Assembly (NCBI GenBank): GCA_937973685.1
Contig: CALJKJ010000042.1
Location: forward strand, 1,551 to 65,550
Origin: an uncultured Flavobacteriales bacterium
Lineage (GTDB): Bacteria; Bacteroidota; Bacteroidia; Flavobacteriales_D; Crocinitomicaceae
Reading direction: 5' to 3'
DNA length: 64,000 bases
Shown here: positions 18,278 to 27,889 of the stretch, in pieces
Layout: every line of letters begins with the position of its first letter
Numbering within the stretch: position 1 is the first letter of the stretch
Notes under the pieces: generated by a model
Told to the model about the DNA's origin: nothing
The model's input: only the letters and a program-made list of their open reading frames with translations
Database searches by the model: none
Position numbers and translations under genes: made by a program

Positions 18278-19759
18278 TTACTGAATTTTTTCGGGAGAAT
18301 CTTTTTTTGTTATTAGCACTAACATTGACTGGATATCAATGATTTTTAATCCAAACACGAGTATTATCCAAACAGCACCAAGCAGCAATATGAATGTCAA
18401 CGGACTAATTACCGTTGTTAATTCAATAAAAAGTACTGACCCTAATCCTGCTGATAAAAGAGCGAGTTTTATCCAGGTAAACTGTGCTAATCGGTGCTTC
18501 ATGTTGTACCTAACTTCCCAATATTGAAGAACACCGATTGTTAATTGAGAGGAAAACAATGCGATTGCAGATCCAACTGCACCTAAACTCGGAACCAATA
18601 AAAAATTAAGTACAACCATGGTAATCAATCCCAACAAAGCTATTTGGTTCAATTTACGCATCGATTTATTTGCGGTCAATAACGTGCCAAAAACAATTGT
18701 AAAACACATTGGGACAAAAGTCATTGATAAAAATATCCATGAATTATACGAGTAGTAACTCACGTCTTTGTACAACATGTTAAAAATGATTTCCTTTAAA
18801 CCTACGGTGAAAGCTATCATTAATAATCCACCCGCAACAAGCAAATTTAATGCACTTGTCATGATCCCAGTGGTGGAGGTTTTCTCTTTGAGAACGCGTG
18901 AAAAGACTGGCAACAAAATACTCCCAAACAAAACGCCAAACATCCAACAAGCATCTAATAACCTGAAACTTTGAACGTAATAAGCTACTTGTTGTTGCAC
19001 TTGGTCATCTGGCGACAAAGAACCCAATAATACCGTGCTCATTCGTATGGTTAACATCATCAAAATAACCAAAATTGCATACGGATAAGATTGACGAAAA
19101 ATTGATCGAAAAAACACGGTGTTCCAATGTAATTTGGGGAATGCAACCAAACGAACATATATTATGATAGCTGCCACTAATGAAAGCGACGATGAAGTAA
19201 CAAATACAGTGATGAAAAGTGGCAAAGTAATGGGTTCGATAAAATGCCCATACAACAATAAACAGCCCAAAACAAAGTAAACACTTCTTTCAATAACACT
19301 TAATAAAGCATCCAATCCAAATTTTAATAATCCTCCAGTATATGCACGAACATAATTCACGGAAATAATGTTTATTTGATGTATGATGAGCACCAATAAT
19401 ATCCATAGCCAATCCATTGAGATTTTAGTGGGCACTATGAATTGTAACAATGCAAATAAACTAAGTGAAAGGAAACAATAAGCCACAACCAACACCAAGC
19501 GCATTGTAAACAAGCGGTTACTATATTTTTGAATCATGTGGGGGTATTGAGCAATCAAGCGGGTCATGAAATTGGTCATTCCCATATCCAATATCATTGA
19601 AAATAGAAAAGTGAAATCAAGCATCACTTGAAAAACTCCATAATCATTAGCACCTAAGACATTTTGCATGCGAATGTCAACCAAAAAAATTGTTGCAGGC
19701 TTTACTAATAAATTGAGCAATAACGTAATGCCCAAACCTTTTAAAAAGAGTCGTTGCAT
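18278..19759 (-). CDS. Wzx-like polysaccharide flippase (MOP superfamily)
   Basis: About 12-14 TM segments, NLLVKP near the N-terminus, DMGM, LNFLLVPSLGAVGSAIA. Confidence 0.8.
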   Translation of the reverse strand: MQRLFLKGLGITLLLNLLVKPATIFLVDIRMQNVLGANDYGVFQVMLDFTFLFSMILDMGMTNFMTRLIAQYPHMIQKYSNRLFTMRLVLVVAYCFLSLSLFALLQFIVPTKISMDWLWILLVLIIHQINIISVNYVRAYTGGLLKFGLDALLSVIERSVYFVLGCLLLYGHFIEPITLPLFITVFVTSSSLSLVAAIIIYVRLVAFPKLHWNTVFFRSIFRQSYPYAILVILMMLTIRMSTVLLGSLSPDDQVQQQVAYYVQSFRLLDACWMFGVLFGSILLPVFSRVLKEKTSTTGIMTSALNLLVAGGLLMIAFTVGLKEIIFNMLYKDVSYYSYNSWIFLSMTFVPMCFTIVFGTLLTANKSMRKLNQIALLGLITMVVLNFLLVPSLGAVGSAIALFSSQLTIGVLQYWEVRYNMKHRLAQFTWIKLALLSAGLGSVLFIELTTVISPLTFILLLGAVWIILVFGLKIIDIQSMLVLITKKDSPEKIQ

Positions 19760-19764
19760 GCTAA

Positions 19765-20502
19765 TTATTGAACAGTGAAAATGAAGTTTTGTGTGGTATG
19801 AATTGTTGGATTAAATGGTATGAGCTGTTTATTCTCACATACAAAAACTGAATAATTCATTGCTGTTAAAAAATCAATGCATCGCTTACGGTTATCATTG
19901 TCCCATAATTCCGCATAGATAACAGGGTGTTGAGTAGATAAGATCACTTCTGCTCCTTTTAATGCAAAGTACTCGAAATTTTCAACATCTATTTTGATCC
20001 CTTGAACAGCATTACTTCCAATAATATTATCTAATTTCTCAATGGGTACTTCAACTTCTTTTCCTTCGTTCCAATCAGAAATTGAATCATGTTTGATGTG
20101 ACTTAATCCTTGTTTTACCGTTTGATTATCAATAGGAAGAATCATTTTTGCAATGCCTTTTTCTTCGCCTAATGCCAATTCATGAATCATTACATTTTTT
20201 AACTGAAATGCGTTACATATTTTATGTAAAACTTCATGGTTTTCAGGCATTGGTTCAAATGAATGGATAACCGTATTCGGTAATTTCTTCGCTAAATGAA
20301 CCGTCATTATTCCCAAATTTGCACCAATATCTAAAACAGCGCCTTTCCCATCTGCTAGTAAGGATAAAAAAAGGAAAAAATCATTTTCTTTTTTATCCAT
20401 TTTTAGCGTTCTGATTTTATACATAGCAAAGAGGTACAAATACCTTTGTAGCCCTAAAATTCGTTGTAAAAAATATTGAATGCTGTTTTTCATAGCGTGC
20501 AT
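19765..20502 (-). CDS. FkbM family SAM-dependent methyltransferase
   Basis: LDIGANLG, SFEPMP, ELALG, IKIDVEN. Start may be 20493. Confidence 0.88.
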   Translation of the reverse strand: MHAMKNSIQYFLQRILGLQRYLYLFAMYKIRTLKMDKKENDFFLFLSLLADGKGAVLDIGANLGIMTVHLAKKLPNTVIHSFEPMPENHEVLHKICNAFQLKNVMIHELALGEEKGIAKMILPIDNQTVKQGLSHIKHDSISDWNEGKEVEVPIEKLDNIIGSNAVQGIKIDVENFEYFALKGAEVILSTQHPVIYAELWDNDNRKRCIDFLTAMNYSVFVCENKQLIPFNPTIHTTQNFIFTVQ

Positions 20503-20645
20503 GCGAATGCGAAGTTAGAAAAACTTGGAAACTCAAGGCCTTAATTTGCAAGATTTTTGTCTCAAACAACTGATTTTGACAAAATAAATGGACTTTTAAT
20601 TGAAATCATGACTTTCAAAGCAAATCTTTGTACTTTCGTGGCTGT

Positions 20646-21770
20646 ATGCGGATTGGAATAAATACACGTTTTTTGCTTTCATCTAAAATGGAAGGATTTG
20701 GGTGGTACACTTATGAAGTTGTTAAACGAATGGTCCTTGAACATCCCGAACACGAATTTGTGTTTTTCTTTGATCGACCTTTTGACAAACAATTTGTTTT
20801 TGCGAAAAATGTCACACCAATTGTTCTTTTCCCTCCAGCAAGACATCCTTTTTTATTTGTTTGGTGGTTCGAAATATCCCTAAAAAAAGCATTAAAAAAA
20901 CACCAAATCGATGTGTTTTTTTCACCAGATGGTTATCTTTCTTTAGGTGCTGTGACCAAACAAATTGGTGTCATACACGATTTGAACTTTGAACACAATC
21001 CAACGGATGTCCCACCAATAGCGCGCTGGTACTTGCGTACATTTTTTCCGCGATTTGCCAAAAAAGCTTCCGCAATAATTACTGTTTCTGATTTTTCAAA
21101 AAACGATATTCGTACAACTTATGGCATAGATGCTTCTAAAATTCATGTTGCTTGGAATGGTGCGTCAACCGAATTTAAACGCCTCAATAACGAAGAAAAA
21201 TCAGCTGTAAAAGCGCATTTCAGTAAAAACAGACCTTACTTCCTATTTGTCGGTTCGCTTCATCCGCGTAAAAACTTGCCCAATTTATTACGCGCTTTTC
21301 ATGCGTTTGCACAAAACAATCATGAAATTGATTTGATTATTGCTGGCGCCGAAATGTGGAAAAACAAACAAGTTGACACTTCCTTTTTGGACGAACAAAC
21401 AACATCTCGGATACAATTTACTGGTCATGTTTCGCTAGCAACCTTAACTTCATTAATGGGAGCTGCACACACGTTCATTTACGTTCCATACTTCGAAGGC
21501 TTTGGTATTCCATTAGTGGAAGCGATGCGTTGTGGCATTCCAATTATTGCAGGAAACAAAACGGCTTTGCCAGAAGTCGCAGGAGATGCGGCTCTATTAG
21601 TTGATCCACACAATGTTCAGGAAATTGCAACTAAAATGCAGGAACTAGCAACGAATGAAACGATTCATGCTGCATTAAGCGAAAAGAGTTATGCACGCAG
21701 TACTTTGTTCTCGTGGGACAATTCAGCTGCGCTTGTTTGGCAAATTATTGAAGACGTTTATAACGATTGA
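20646..21770 (+). CDS. Glycosyltransferase family 4 (GT-B)
   Basis: MRIGINTR, IHDL, VGSLHPRKN, EGFGIPLVEAM, FSWD. Start at ATG 20646, after a TACTTTCG box. Confidence 0.9.
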   Translation: MRIGINTRFLLSSKMEGFGWYTYEVVKRMVLEHPEHEFVFFFDRPFDKQFVFAKNVTPIVLFPPARHPFLFVWWFEISLKKALKKHQIDVFFSPDGYLSLGAVTKQIGVIHDLNFEHNPTDVPPIARWYLRTFFPRFAKKASAIITVSDFSKNDIRTTYGIDASKIHVAWNGASTEFKRLNNEEKSAVKAHFSKNRPYFLFVGSLHPRKNLPNLLRAFHAFAQNNHEIDLIIAGAEMWKNKQVDTSFLDEQTTSRIQFTGHVSLATLTSLMGAAHTFIYVPYFEGFGIPLVEAMRCGIPIIAGNKTALPEVAGDAALLVDPHNVQEIATKMQELATNETIHAALSEKSYARSTLFSWDNSAALVWQIIEDVYND

Positions 21771-21771
21771 T

Positions 21772-23019
21772 TTACTTTTCAACTTCGTTGTCACGAAAAG
21801 CAGAAGGGATTAGTGTTGGAATGATTTTTAAAACGATAGGCAATAATAGTGCGCCGCCAGGCAGTAAAAATATTGCCAAAGCCGGCATCGATTTAGCGAT
21901 ATCTAAGAATTGAGTTTTTACTTTTTCTTTTTCTTCTTTGGTCAATTCTTCTGCTGTTGATTTCCGTATCAAAGCAACTAATTCTTTGCTTTGTTTTAAT
22001 TCAACTGCTAACTTATCTTTATTACGTCCCAATATCTTTATCCATCTTTTTGAGACATTCGTCACCATCAATTCAACCGTATTCGCATCTTTCAAATAAC
22101 CAACTTGCTTGTGATTTTCGAGCACAAACTGTTGGGCCATAATTACCGCTTGGTTCAAATCTTCTGGTGCCAAATTCAACCAACTGCGCAATTCTTCTAG
22201 AAAATCTTTTTCTTCGCTGTGCGCGTCGTGATTTGCATAAATCGTTAACGAAGATAAATCCAGTAAATAGCGTTTGAAATTCCAAGATGCAATTAACTCT
22301 GCATCTAATTCATTCAATGAAGTGCCATTTTTAAACCGCAACTTTGCTAATTCACGCTCGTCGTGGTCTAAGTCTGCTGACACTAAAAATGCATCAAACA
22401 ATGCTTTTTCGCTATCTTCGATTTTTCCATCAGAATAAGCTGATAATGAAATAATTGACAGTGATAAAACAGCTAGGGATTGATAATCAACTGTAGATTT
22501 ATCGGATTTCAAAAACTCCTCAAACAATAAAATATCCAGGTAAATAAACGCATTATTAAACAAGCCAGCCCACGATTTTGTGTTACTCAATTGAACTTGT
22601 GCATCTGTTCGTTTTGCTAAAATCCGTTCTAATTTTTCACTTTTCGCTTCTTTGAATAAGTAACCTAAAAAAGAGCCTAAGGATTGTACGCGGTGATTTT
22701 TATAAAAAACGTACAAGGTATCTAAGAAATGATTGCTATCAAATTGTTTCGTTTTATTAAAATTGCAATAGGTAAACAATAAGGATTCAAATAATAAAAC
22801 GGTCAATTTTTCATCTTGCGTCCACTTAGATTGATTGAAAGACGTCCCTAAAATCAAGCGGGATGGATAACCATAAACAATACCTGATTGTGCTAAAAAG
22901 TGGTGATTAAATTGTTCATTTGTAAGAGTAGCTGGTCGTTCAATTTGTGTAACAATTTCACCTTTCTCAACAAGTGTTAAGTACTTAGCAATCCAACCTT
23001 TAGAACCAGGAGCAATCAT
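21772..23019 (-). CDS. LETM1-related / TerB-like Bacteroidota protein
   Basis: N-terminal PGSKGWI, AYSDGKIE...E (TerB-like), and C-terminal KVKTQFLDIAKSMPALAIFLLPGGALLLP (LETM1-like). Confidence 0.7.
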   Translation of the reverse strand: MIAPGSKGWIAKYLTLVEKGEIVTQIERPATLTNEQFNHHFLAQSGIVYGYPSRLILGTSFNQSKWTQDEKLTVLLFESLLFTYCNFNKTKQFDSNHFLDTLYVFYKNHRVQSLGSFLGYLFKEAKSEKLERILAKRTDAQVQLSNTKSWAGLFNNAFIYLDILLFEEFLKSDKSTVDYQSLAVLSLSIISLSAYSDGKIEDSEKALFDAFLVSADLDHDERELAKLRFKNGTSLNELDAELIASWNFKRYLLDLSSLTIYANHDAHSEEKDFLEELRSWLNLAPEDLNQAVIMAQQFVLENHKQVGYLKDANTVELMVTNVSKRWIKILGRNKDKLAVELKQSKELVALIRKSTAEELTKEEKEKVKTQFLDIAKSMPALAIFLLPGGALLLPIVLKIIPTLIPSAFRDNEVEK

Positions 23020-23083
23020 TTGATAAAGTTAGGCAATATTGTAATGAGAATGAAAAAATCTTTTTCGAATAAGAAAAATCGCC

Positions 23084-23114
23084 AAAAAAAACCCTGACAA
23101 ACATGTCAGGGTTT
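23084..23114 (-). terminator. Intrinsic terminator downstream of infB
   Basis: Stem AAACCCTGACA-aaca-TGTCAGGGTTT, with a U run on the minus strand. Confidence 0.85.
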
Positions 23115-23132
23115 CAATTATTTTTCTGTTTA

Positions 23133-26012
23133 TCATAACTTTCTAGCTACTTCTACTTCTTCGTAGGCTTCCACTAAATCGCCGATTTTAATATCATTGA
23201 ATTTATCAATATTCAAACCACATTCGTAGTTGTTTTTTACTTCACGTACATCGTCTTTGAAACGTTTCAATGATCCTAATGTACCTGAATGAATAACAAT
23301 TCCATCTCGGATAACACGTATTTTTGAAGAACGTTTGATGATACCATCCAACACATAACATCCTGCAATTGTACCAACTTTAGTAATGTCAAACGTTTCA
23401 CGAATCTCAGCAGTACCGATAACTTTTTCTTCGATATCTGGCGAAAGCATTCCTTCCATTGCAGCTTTCAATTCCTCGATTGCTTTGTAGATGACAGAAT
23501 ACAAGCGAATATCAATTTGTTCGTTTTCAGCTAATTTACGTGCAGCAACAGATGGTCTAACTTGGAAACCAACAATGATTGCCTCCGAAGCGGCAGCCAA
23601 ATTGACATCAGCTTCAGTAATTGCACCAACACCTTTGTGAACAATGTTGATTTGAATTTCTTCCGTAGATAAACGCAACAAGGAATCAGATAATGCTTCG
23701 ATAGAACCATCCACGTCACCTTTAACAATTAAGTTCAATTCTTTGAAATCACCAATTGCTAAACGACGTCCAATTTCATCCAACGTAATGTGTTTGTTTG
23801 TACGTAAACCTTGCTCTCTGTATAGTTGTTCGCGTTTCGAAGCAATTGATTTTGCTTCGCGTTCATCGTCCATAACATGGAAAGTATCACCCGCTGATGG
23901 GGCACCATTGATACCTAATACAGCAACAGGTTGAGCAGGACCAGCTTCTTTCAAAGCAACTCCATGTTCATCGTGCATTGCACGAACACGACCATAGTTT
24001 CTTCCTACTAAAATAACGTCTCCAACACGCATTGTACCTGCTTGTACTAACATATTAGTAACGTATCCTTTTCCTTTATCTAAAGAAGACTCGACAACAG
24101 TACCGATTGCATTTTTAGCAGGATTAGCACGTAAATTCAAGATTTCCGCCTCTAATAATACTTTTTCCAATAAGTCGTCGATGTTCAAATTTTGTTTTGC
24201 AGAGATTTCTTGACATTGGTATTTTCCACCCCATTCTTCCACAAGAATATTCATTGCAGAAAGTTGTTCACGAATACGGTCAGGACTTGCGCCAGCTTTA
24301 TCAATTTTGTTGATTGCAAAAACCATTGGCACGCCTGCTGCTTGCGCATGCGAGATTGCTTCTTTGGTTTGTGGCATGACATCATCATCTGCTGCTACAA
24401 TGATAATTGCAACGTCAGTAATTTGTGCACCTCTGGCACGCATTGCGGTAAACGCTTCGTGACCTGGAGTATCTAAGAAAGTCATTTTACGACCATCTTT
24501 TAATGTTACAGAGTACGCACCAATGTGTTGCGTAATTCCTCCAGCCTCACCTGCAGTAACATTTGCATTTCTAATTTTATCTAACAATGACGTCTTACCG
24601 TGGTCAACGTGACCCATTACCGTAATAATTGGCGGACGATCAACTAAATCTTCTTCTTTGTCTTCCACTTCAGGAATCGCATCTTGTACTTCAGCAGATA
24701 CAAATTCTGTTTCAAAACCAAATTCTTCAGCAACAATTTGAATTGTTTCTGCATCCAATCGTTGGTTGATAGAAGCAAATATACCTAAAGACATACATGC
24801 AGAAATAACTTGAGTAGGTGAAACATTCATCATACTTGCAAGCTCAGAAACAGTAACAAATTCTGTTAGTTTCAAGATTCCTTCTGCCATTTCAGCAGCC
24901 ATTTGCTCCTGTTCTCGACGTGAAGCACGATCATCTCGTTTTGCACGACGATTTTTCGACGCTTTCGATTTACCTCCTGTTGAAGATAAACGCGCTAACG
25001 TGTCTTTGATTTCTTTTTGAATATCACGTTCAGTTGGTGCAGCTTTTTCAACTTTTCCTTTGTTGAATCCACCACCTGGACGATTATTTCCTGGGCCACC
25101 ACCCGGACGGTTATTTCCTGGACCACCACCTGGACGGTTATTTCCTGGACCGTTATTTGGTCGTTGACCTGGTTGCCCTACGCCTGGTGTTTGACCACCT
25201 GGTGCATCTTTCTTAATGCGTTTGCGTTTTTTACGATCGTCACCTGGGCGAGAAGAACCAACAGATTTTGGTTTTTCAACAGGCAATTCAATTCTTCCAA
25301 GAACAGTAGGTCCTGTTAATTTTCTCGTCTCAACACGAATCGTTTCTATTTCTTTTGGCACATCCGTATTAGCTGAATCAACTTCAGGCACAACTGGAGC
25401 AGCTGTTACTGGAGGAGCTGTTACAGCTTTAGGATATTCCGATTTGTCAATCGGGCCATCTTGTTTTTTTCGTTTGTCTGGACGTGTTTTTGTGTTTAAC
25501 TTATCCAAATCAATTCTGCCAATTACTTGAATTCCGGCCCCATTATCTGCTGACTTATCATCATCAATACTTGGTGCAGGCGCTTCTGCAATTACAGGTG
25601 TTTCAACAACTTCAACTTTTGCTGGAGGAATTGGTGTTTCCACTTCTTTCGCTACAACTGGAGTTGCTTCAGGTTTTGGCGCTGCTACAGCTTCCTCAAC
25701 TTTTGGTGTTGTAGGATTTGTTGCAACAACAGGAGAAGCTGGAACTACTTCCGGCTCATCTTCACCTTTGATATCACGAAGCGTGATTGTTTCACGTTTT
25801 TCACGTTTCACTGCAGTCAACTTTGATTGCTCTTTTAAGTTTTGGTCTGCAGCAAATTGAGTACGAAGCATGTCGTACTGCTCTGGCTCCAATTTGGTAT
25901 TCGGATTTGAGTCAATAGCAAGGCCTTTCGAGCCTAAAAACTCGACAATTGTGGCGATTCCCACATTTAACTCTCCTGCTGCTTTGCCTAAACGCTGTGT
26001 TTTACCGGCCAT
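23133..26012 (-). CDS. infB: Translation initiation factor IF-2
   Basis: GHVDHGKT, GGITQHIG, DTPGHEAF, NKID, C-terminal ECGL. Confidence 0.99.
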   Translation of the reverse strand: MAGKTQRLGKAAGELNVGIATIVEFLGSKGLAIDSNPNTKLEPEQYDMLRTQFAADQNLKEQSKLTAVKREKRETITLRDIKGEDEPEVVPASPVVATNPTTPKVEEAVAAPKPEATPVVAKEVETPIPPAKVEVVETPVIAEAPAPSIDDDKSADNGAGIQVIGRIDLDKLNTKTRPDKRKKQDGPIDKSEYPKAVTAPPVTAAPVVPEVDSANTDVPKEIETIRVETRKLTGPTVLGRIELPVEKPKSVGSSRPGDDRKKRKRIKKDAPGGQTPGVGQPGQRPNNGPGNNRPGGGPGNNRPGGGPGNNRPGGGFNKGKVEKAAPTERDIQKEIKDTLARLSSTGGKSKASKNRRAKRDDRASRREQEQMAAEMAEGILKLTEFVTVSELASMMNVSPTQVISACMSLGIFASINQRLDAETIQIVAEEFGFETEFVSAEVQDAIPEVEDKEEDLVDRPPIITVMGHVDHGKTSLLDKIRNANVTAGEAGGITQHIGAYSVTLKDGRKMTFLDTPGHEAFTAMRARGAQITDVAIIIVAADDDVMPQTKEAISHAQAAGVPMVFAINKIDKAGASPDRIREQLSAMNILVEEWGGKYQCQEISAKQNLNIDDLLEKVLLEAEILNLRANPAKNAIGTVVESSLDKGKGYVTNMLVQAGTMRVGDVILVGRNYGRVRAMHDEHGVALKEAGPAQPVAVLGINGAPSAGDTFHVMDDEREAKSIASKREQLYREQGLRTNKHITLDEIGRRLAIGDFKELNLIVKGDVDGSIEALSDSLLRLSTEEIQINIVHKGVGAITEADVNLAAASEAIIVGFQVRPSVAARKLAENEQIDIRLYSVIYKAIEELKAAMEGMLSPDIEEKVIGTAEIRETFDITKVGTIAGCYVLDGIIKRSSKIRVIRDGIVIHSGTLGSLKRFKDDVREVKNNYECGLNIDKFNDIKIGDLVEAYEEVEVARKL
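25071..25151 (-). repeat. 3 x 27-nt in-frame tandem repeat (GPGNNRPGG) in the IF-2 linker
   Basis: Copies at 25071-25097, 25098-25124 and 25125-25151 differ only at synonymous positions. Confidence 0.92.
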
Positions 26013-26020
26013 ATATTTTG

Positions 26021-26026
26021 CTCCTT
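26021..26026 (-). promoter_or_regulatory. Shine-Dalgarno-like AAGGAG upstream of infB
   Basis: Minus strand reads AAGGAG-CAAAATAT-ATG (8-nt spacer). Confidence 0.55.
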
Positions 26027-26137
26027 GTTAATAATCAGTACGTTGGTACTGGTAATTTGTGATAAAGATAGTCAGTTGTTGCTTATATTGATACAAATTC
26101 AGCAAGGTAAATTACCTCGCCGAATCTGTTTCATCTT

Positions 26138-27373
26138 TTATTCGAATTCTGAGCGAAGAATTTTCATGACCTCTTCGATCGTTTCTTCTTCTAAATCTGT
26201 ACGTTGTGCTAAATCAGCAACACTTATTTCTAATACCGATTTTGCAGTATCACATCCAATAGCTTTCAACTCATCTAAGATCCAGCTATCGATTTCATCT
26301 GCAAATTCTTCTAAATCGACATCTTCAGCATCTGCTTCACCATCACGATATACATCAATTTCGTATCCAGTCAATTTTCCAGCCAAACGAATGTTATATC
26401 CTCCTTTTCCAATTGCTAAAGAAACCTGATCTGGTTTCAAATAAACACTTGCACGTTTATCCTCTTCAGAAATTTCAACATTGGTAATTTTTGCTGGTGA
26501 TAATGCACGTTGTATCAACAACACAGGATTATTGGTGTAATTAATTACGTCGATATTTTCATTTCTCAACTCACGAACGATACCGTGAATACGAGATCCT
26601 TTCATTCCAACACATGCTCCAACTGGATCAATGCGGTCATCATATGATTCAACAGCAACTTTTGCACGCTCTCCTGGCTCACGAACAATTCGTTTGATGG
26701 TAATCAAACCATCAAATACCTCAGGAACTTCCAATTCAAATAAACGTTCCAAAAATTCTGGAGCAATACGTGAAAGGATAATTACCGGAGAACTGTTACG
26801 CATGTCTACTTTCGATACAACCGCACGAACAGACTCACCTTTTTTGAAGTAATCTGATGGGATTTGTTCCGATTTTGGTAAAATCAACTCATTGTTTTCA
26901 TCATCCAAAACCATGATTTCTTTCTTCCAAACTTGGTAAACCTCACCAGTAATGATTTCTCCAATACGCTCTTTGTATTTTTTATACAAATGATCTTTTT
27001 CTAACTCTAAAATTCGAGAAATCAAGTTTTGACGTAATGAGAGAATGTTTCTACGACCAAAGTCATTAAAACGAAACTCTTCGGATACCTCTTCACCGAT
27101 TTCAAAATCCGGCTCTATTTTAATAGCATCCGAATACGCGATTTCTGTGTTTGAATCTTCAACTTCACCATCTGCAACGATTTCCTTATTCACGAAAATC
27201 TGAACGTCTCCTTTATCAATGTTAACAATCACATCAATGTGTTCGTCAGTGTTGAATTTCTTTTTCAACATTGCACGGAACACATCTTCAAGAACGTGTT
27301 GCATTGTTTGTTTGTCAATGCTTTTTAGTTCTTTAAACTCCGAAAACGAATCTACTAATTCCAAGCTGTTCAT
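26138..27373 (-). CDS. nusA: Transcription termination/antitermination factor NusA
   Basis: S1 and KH domains: REPGERAKVAV, DPVGACVGMKGSRI, AIGKGGYNIRLA. Confidence 0.98.
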   Translation of the reverse strand: MNSLELVDSFSEFKELKSIDKQTMQHVLEDVFRAMLKKKFNTDEHIDVIVNIDKGDVQIFVNKEIVADGEVEDSNTEIAYSDAIKIEPDFEIGEEVSEEFRFNDFGRRNILSLRQNLISRILELEKDHLYKKYKERIGEIITGEVYQVWKKEIMVLDDENNELILPKSEQIPSDYFKKGESVRAVVSKVDMRNSSPVIILSRIAPEFLERLFELEVPEVFDGLITIKRIVREPGERAKVAVESYDDRIDPVGACVGMKGSRIHGIVRELRNENIDVINYTNNPVLLIQRALSPAKITNVEISEEDKRASVYLKPDQVSLAIGKGGYNIRLAGKLTGYEIDVYRDGEADAEDVDLEEFADEIDSWILDELKAIGCDTAKSVLEISVADLAQRTDLEEETIEEVMKILRSEFE

Positions 27374-27379
27374 AGCTTC

Positions 27380-27856
27380 CTATTTAAATGTAATAACAAT
27401 TCTTGCTTCACTTATATCACTAAATGCAATCGCTTCCGTGATTACAACTAGTTCTTTTTTCTTTTTTCCTTCAATTTGTTGCTTTTCAGAACGTTCTAAA
27501 ACAATTCCTTGTTCTGAAACAGCAGTCAGAATTCCCGATGTTTTTTCTTTGTTTTTCAACTTCACATCAAGTCCTCTTCCTATGTTTTTCACATATTGTG
27601 CATGCACACGTAACGGCTTGTCCAATCCTGCTGATGACACGTGTAACTCAAAATCAACTTCTTCACGATCTAGATTGTGTTCGATGTTTCGAGAAACCGA
27701 CATGCAATCTTCAATCGATACGTTTCCTTCTGTTTTATCAAGTTCTAGACGGATAACAAATGACGAGCTGATGCTTAATTCCACAATAAATAACTTATCG
27801 TCACGCTCTTGTATGCGCTCCTCTGCCAATGTCCGTACTAGTTGCTTTGTAATCAT
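27380..27856 (-). CDS. rimP: Ribosome maturation factor RimP
   Basis: IEDCMSVSRNI, LHVSSAGLDKPL, YVKNIGR; first gene of rimP-nusA-infB. Confidence 0.95.
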   Translation of the reverse strand: MITKQLVRTLAEERIQERDDKLFIVELSISSSFVIRLELDKTEGNVSIEDCMSVSRNIEHNLDREEVDFELHVSSAGLDKPLRVHAQYVKNIGRGLDVKLKNKEKTSGILTAVSEQGIVLERSEKQQIEGKKKKELVVITEAIAFSDISEARIVITFK

Positions 27857-27864
27857 ACTTTCAT

Positions 27865-27889
27865 AAAAAGAGGGGACTTGCGTCCCCTC
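27865..27889 (-). promoter_or_regulatory. rimP leader terminator-like hairpin (attenuator)
   Basis: GAGGGGAC-GCAA-GTCCCCTC-UUUUU, 8 nt before the rimP ATG and downstream of a TATCTTTG box at 27912-27919. Confidence 0.8.

Noticed and set aside
27374-27383. AGGA before nusA as a second Shine-Dalgarno
   Set aside because: Only 4 nt, formed partly by the rimP stop codon, and just 4 nt from the ATG.
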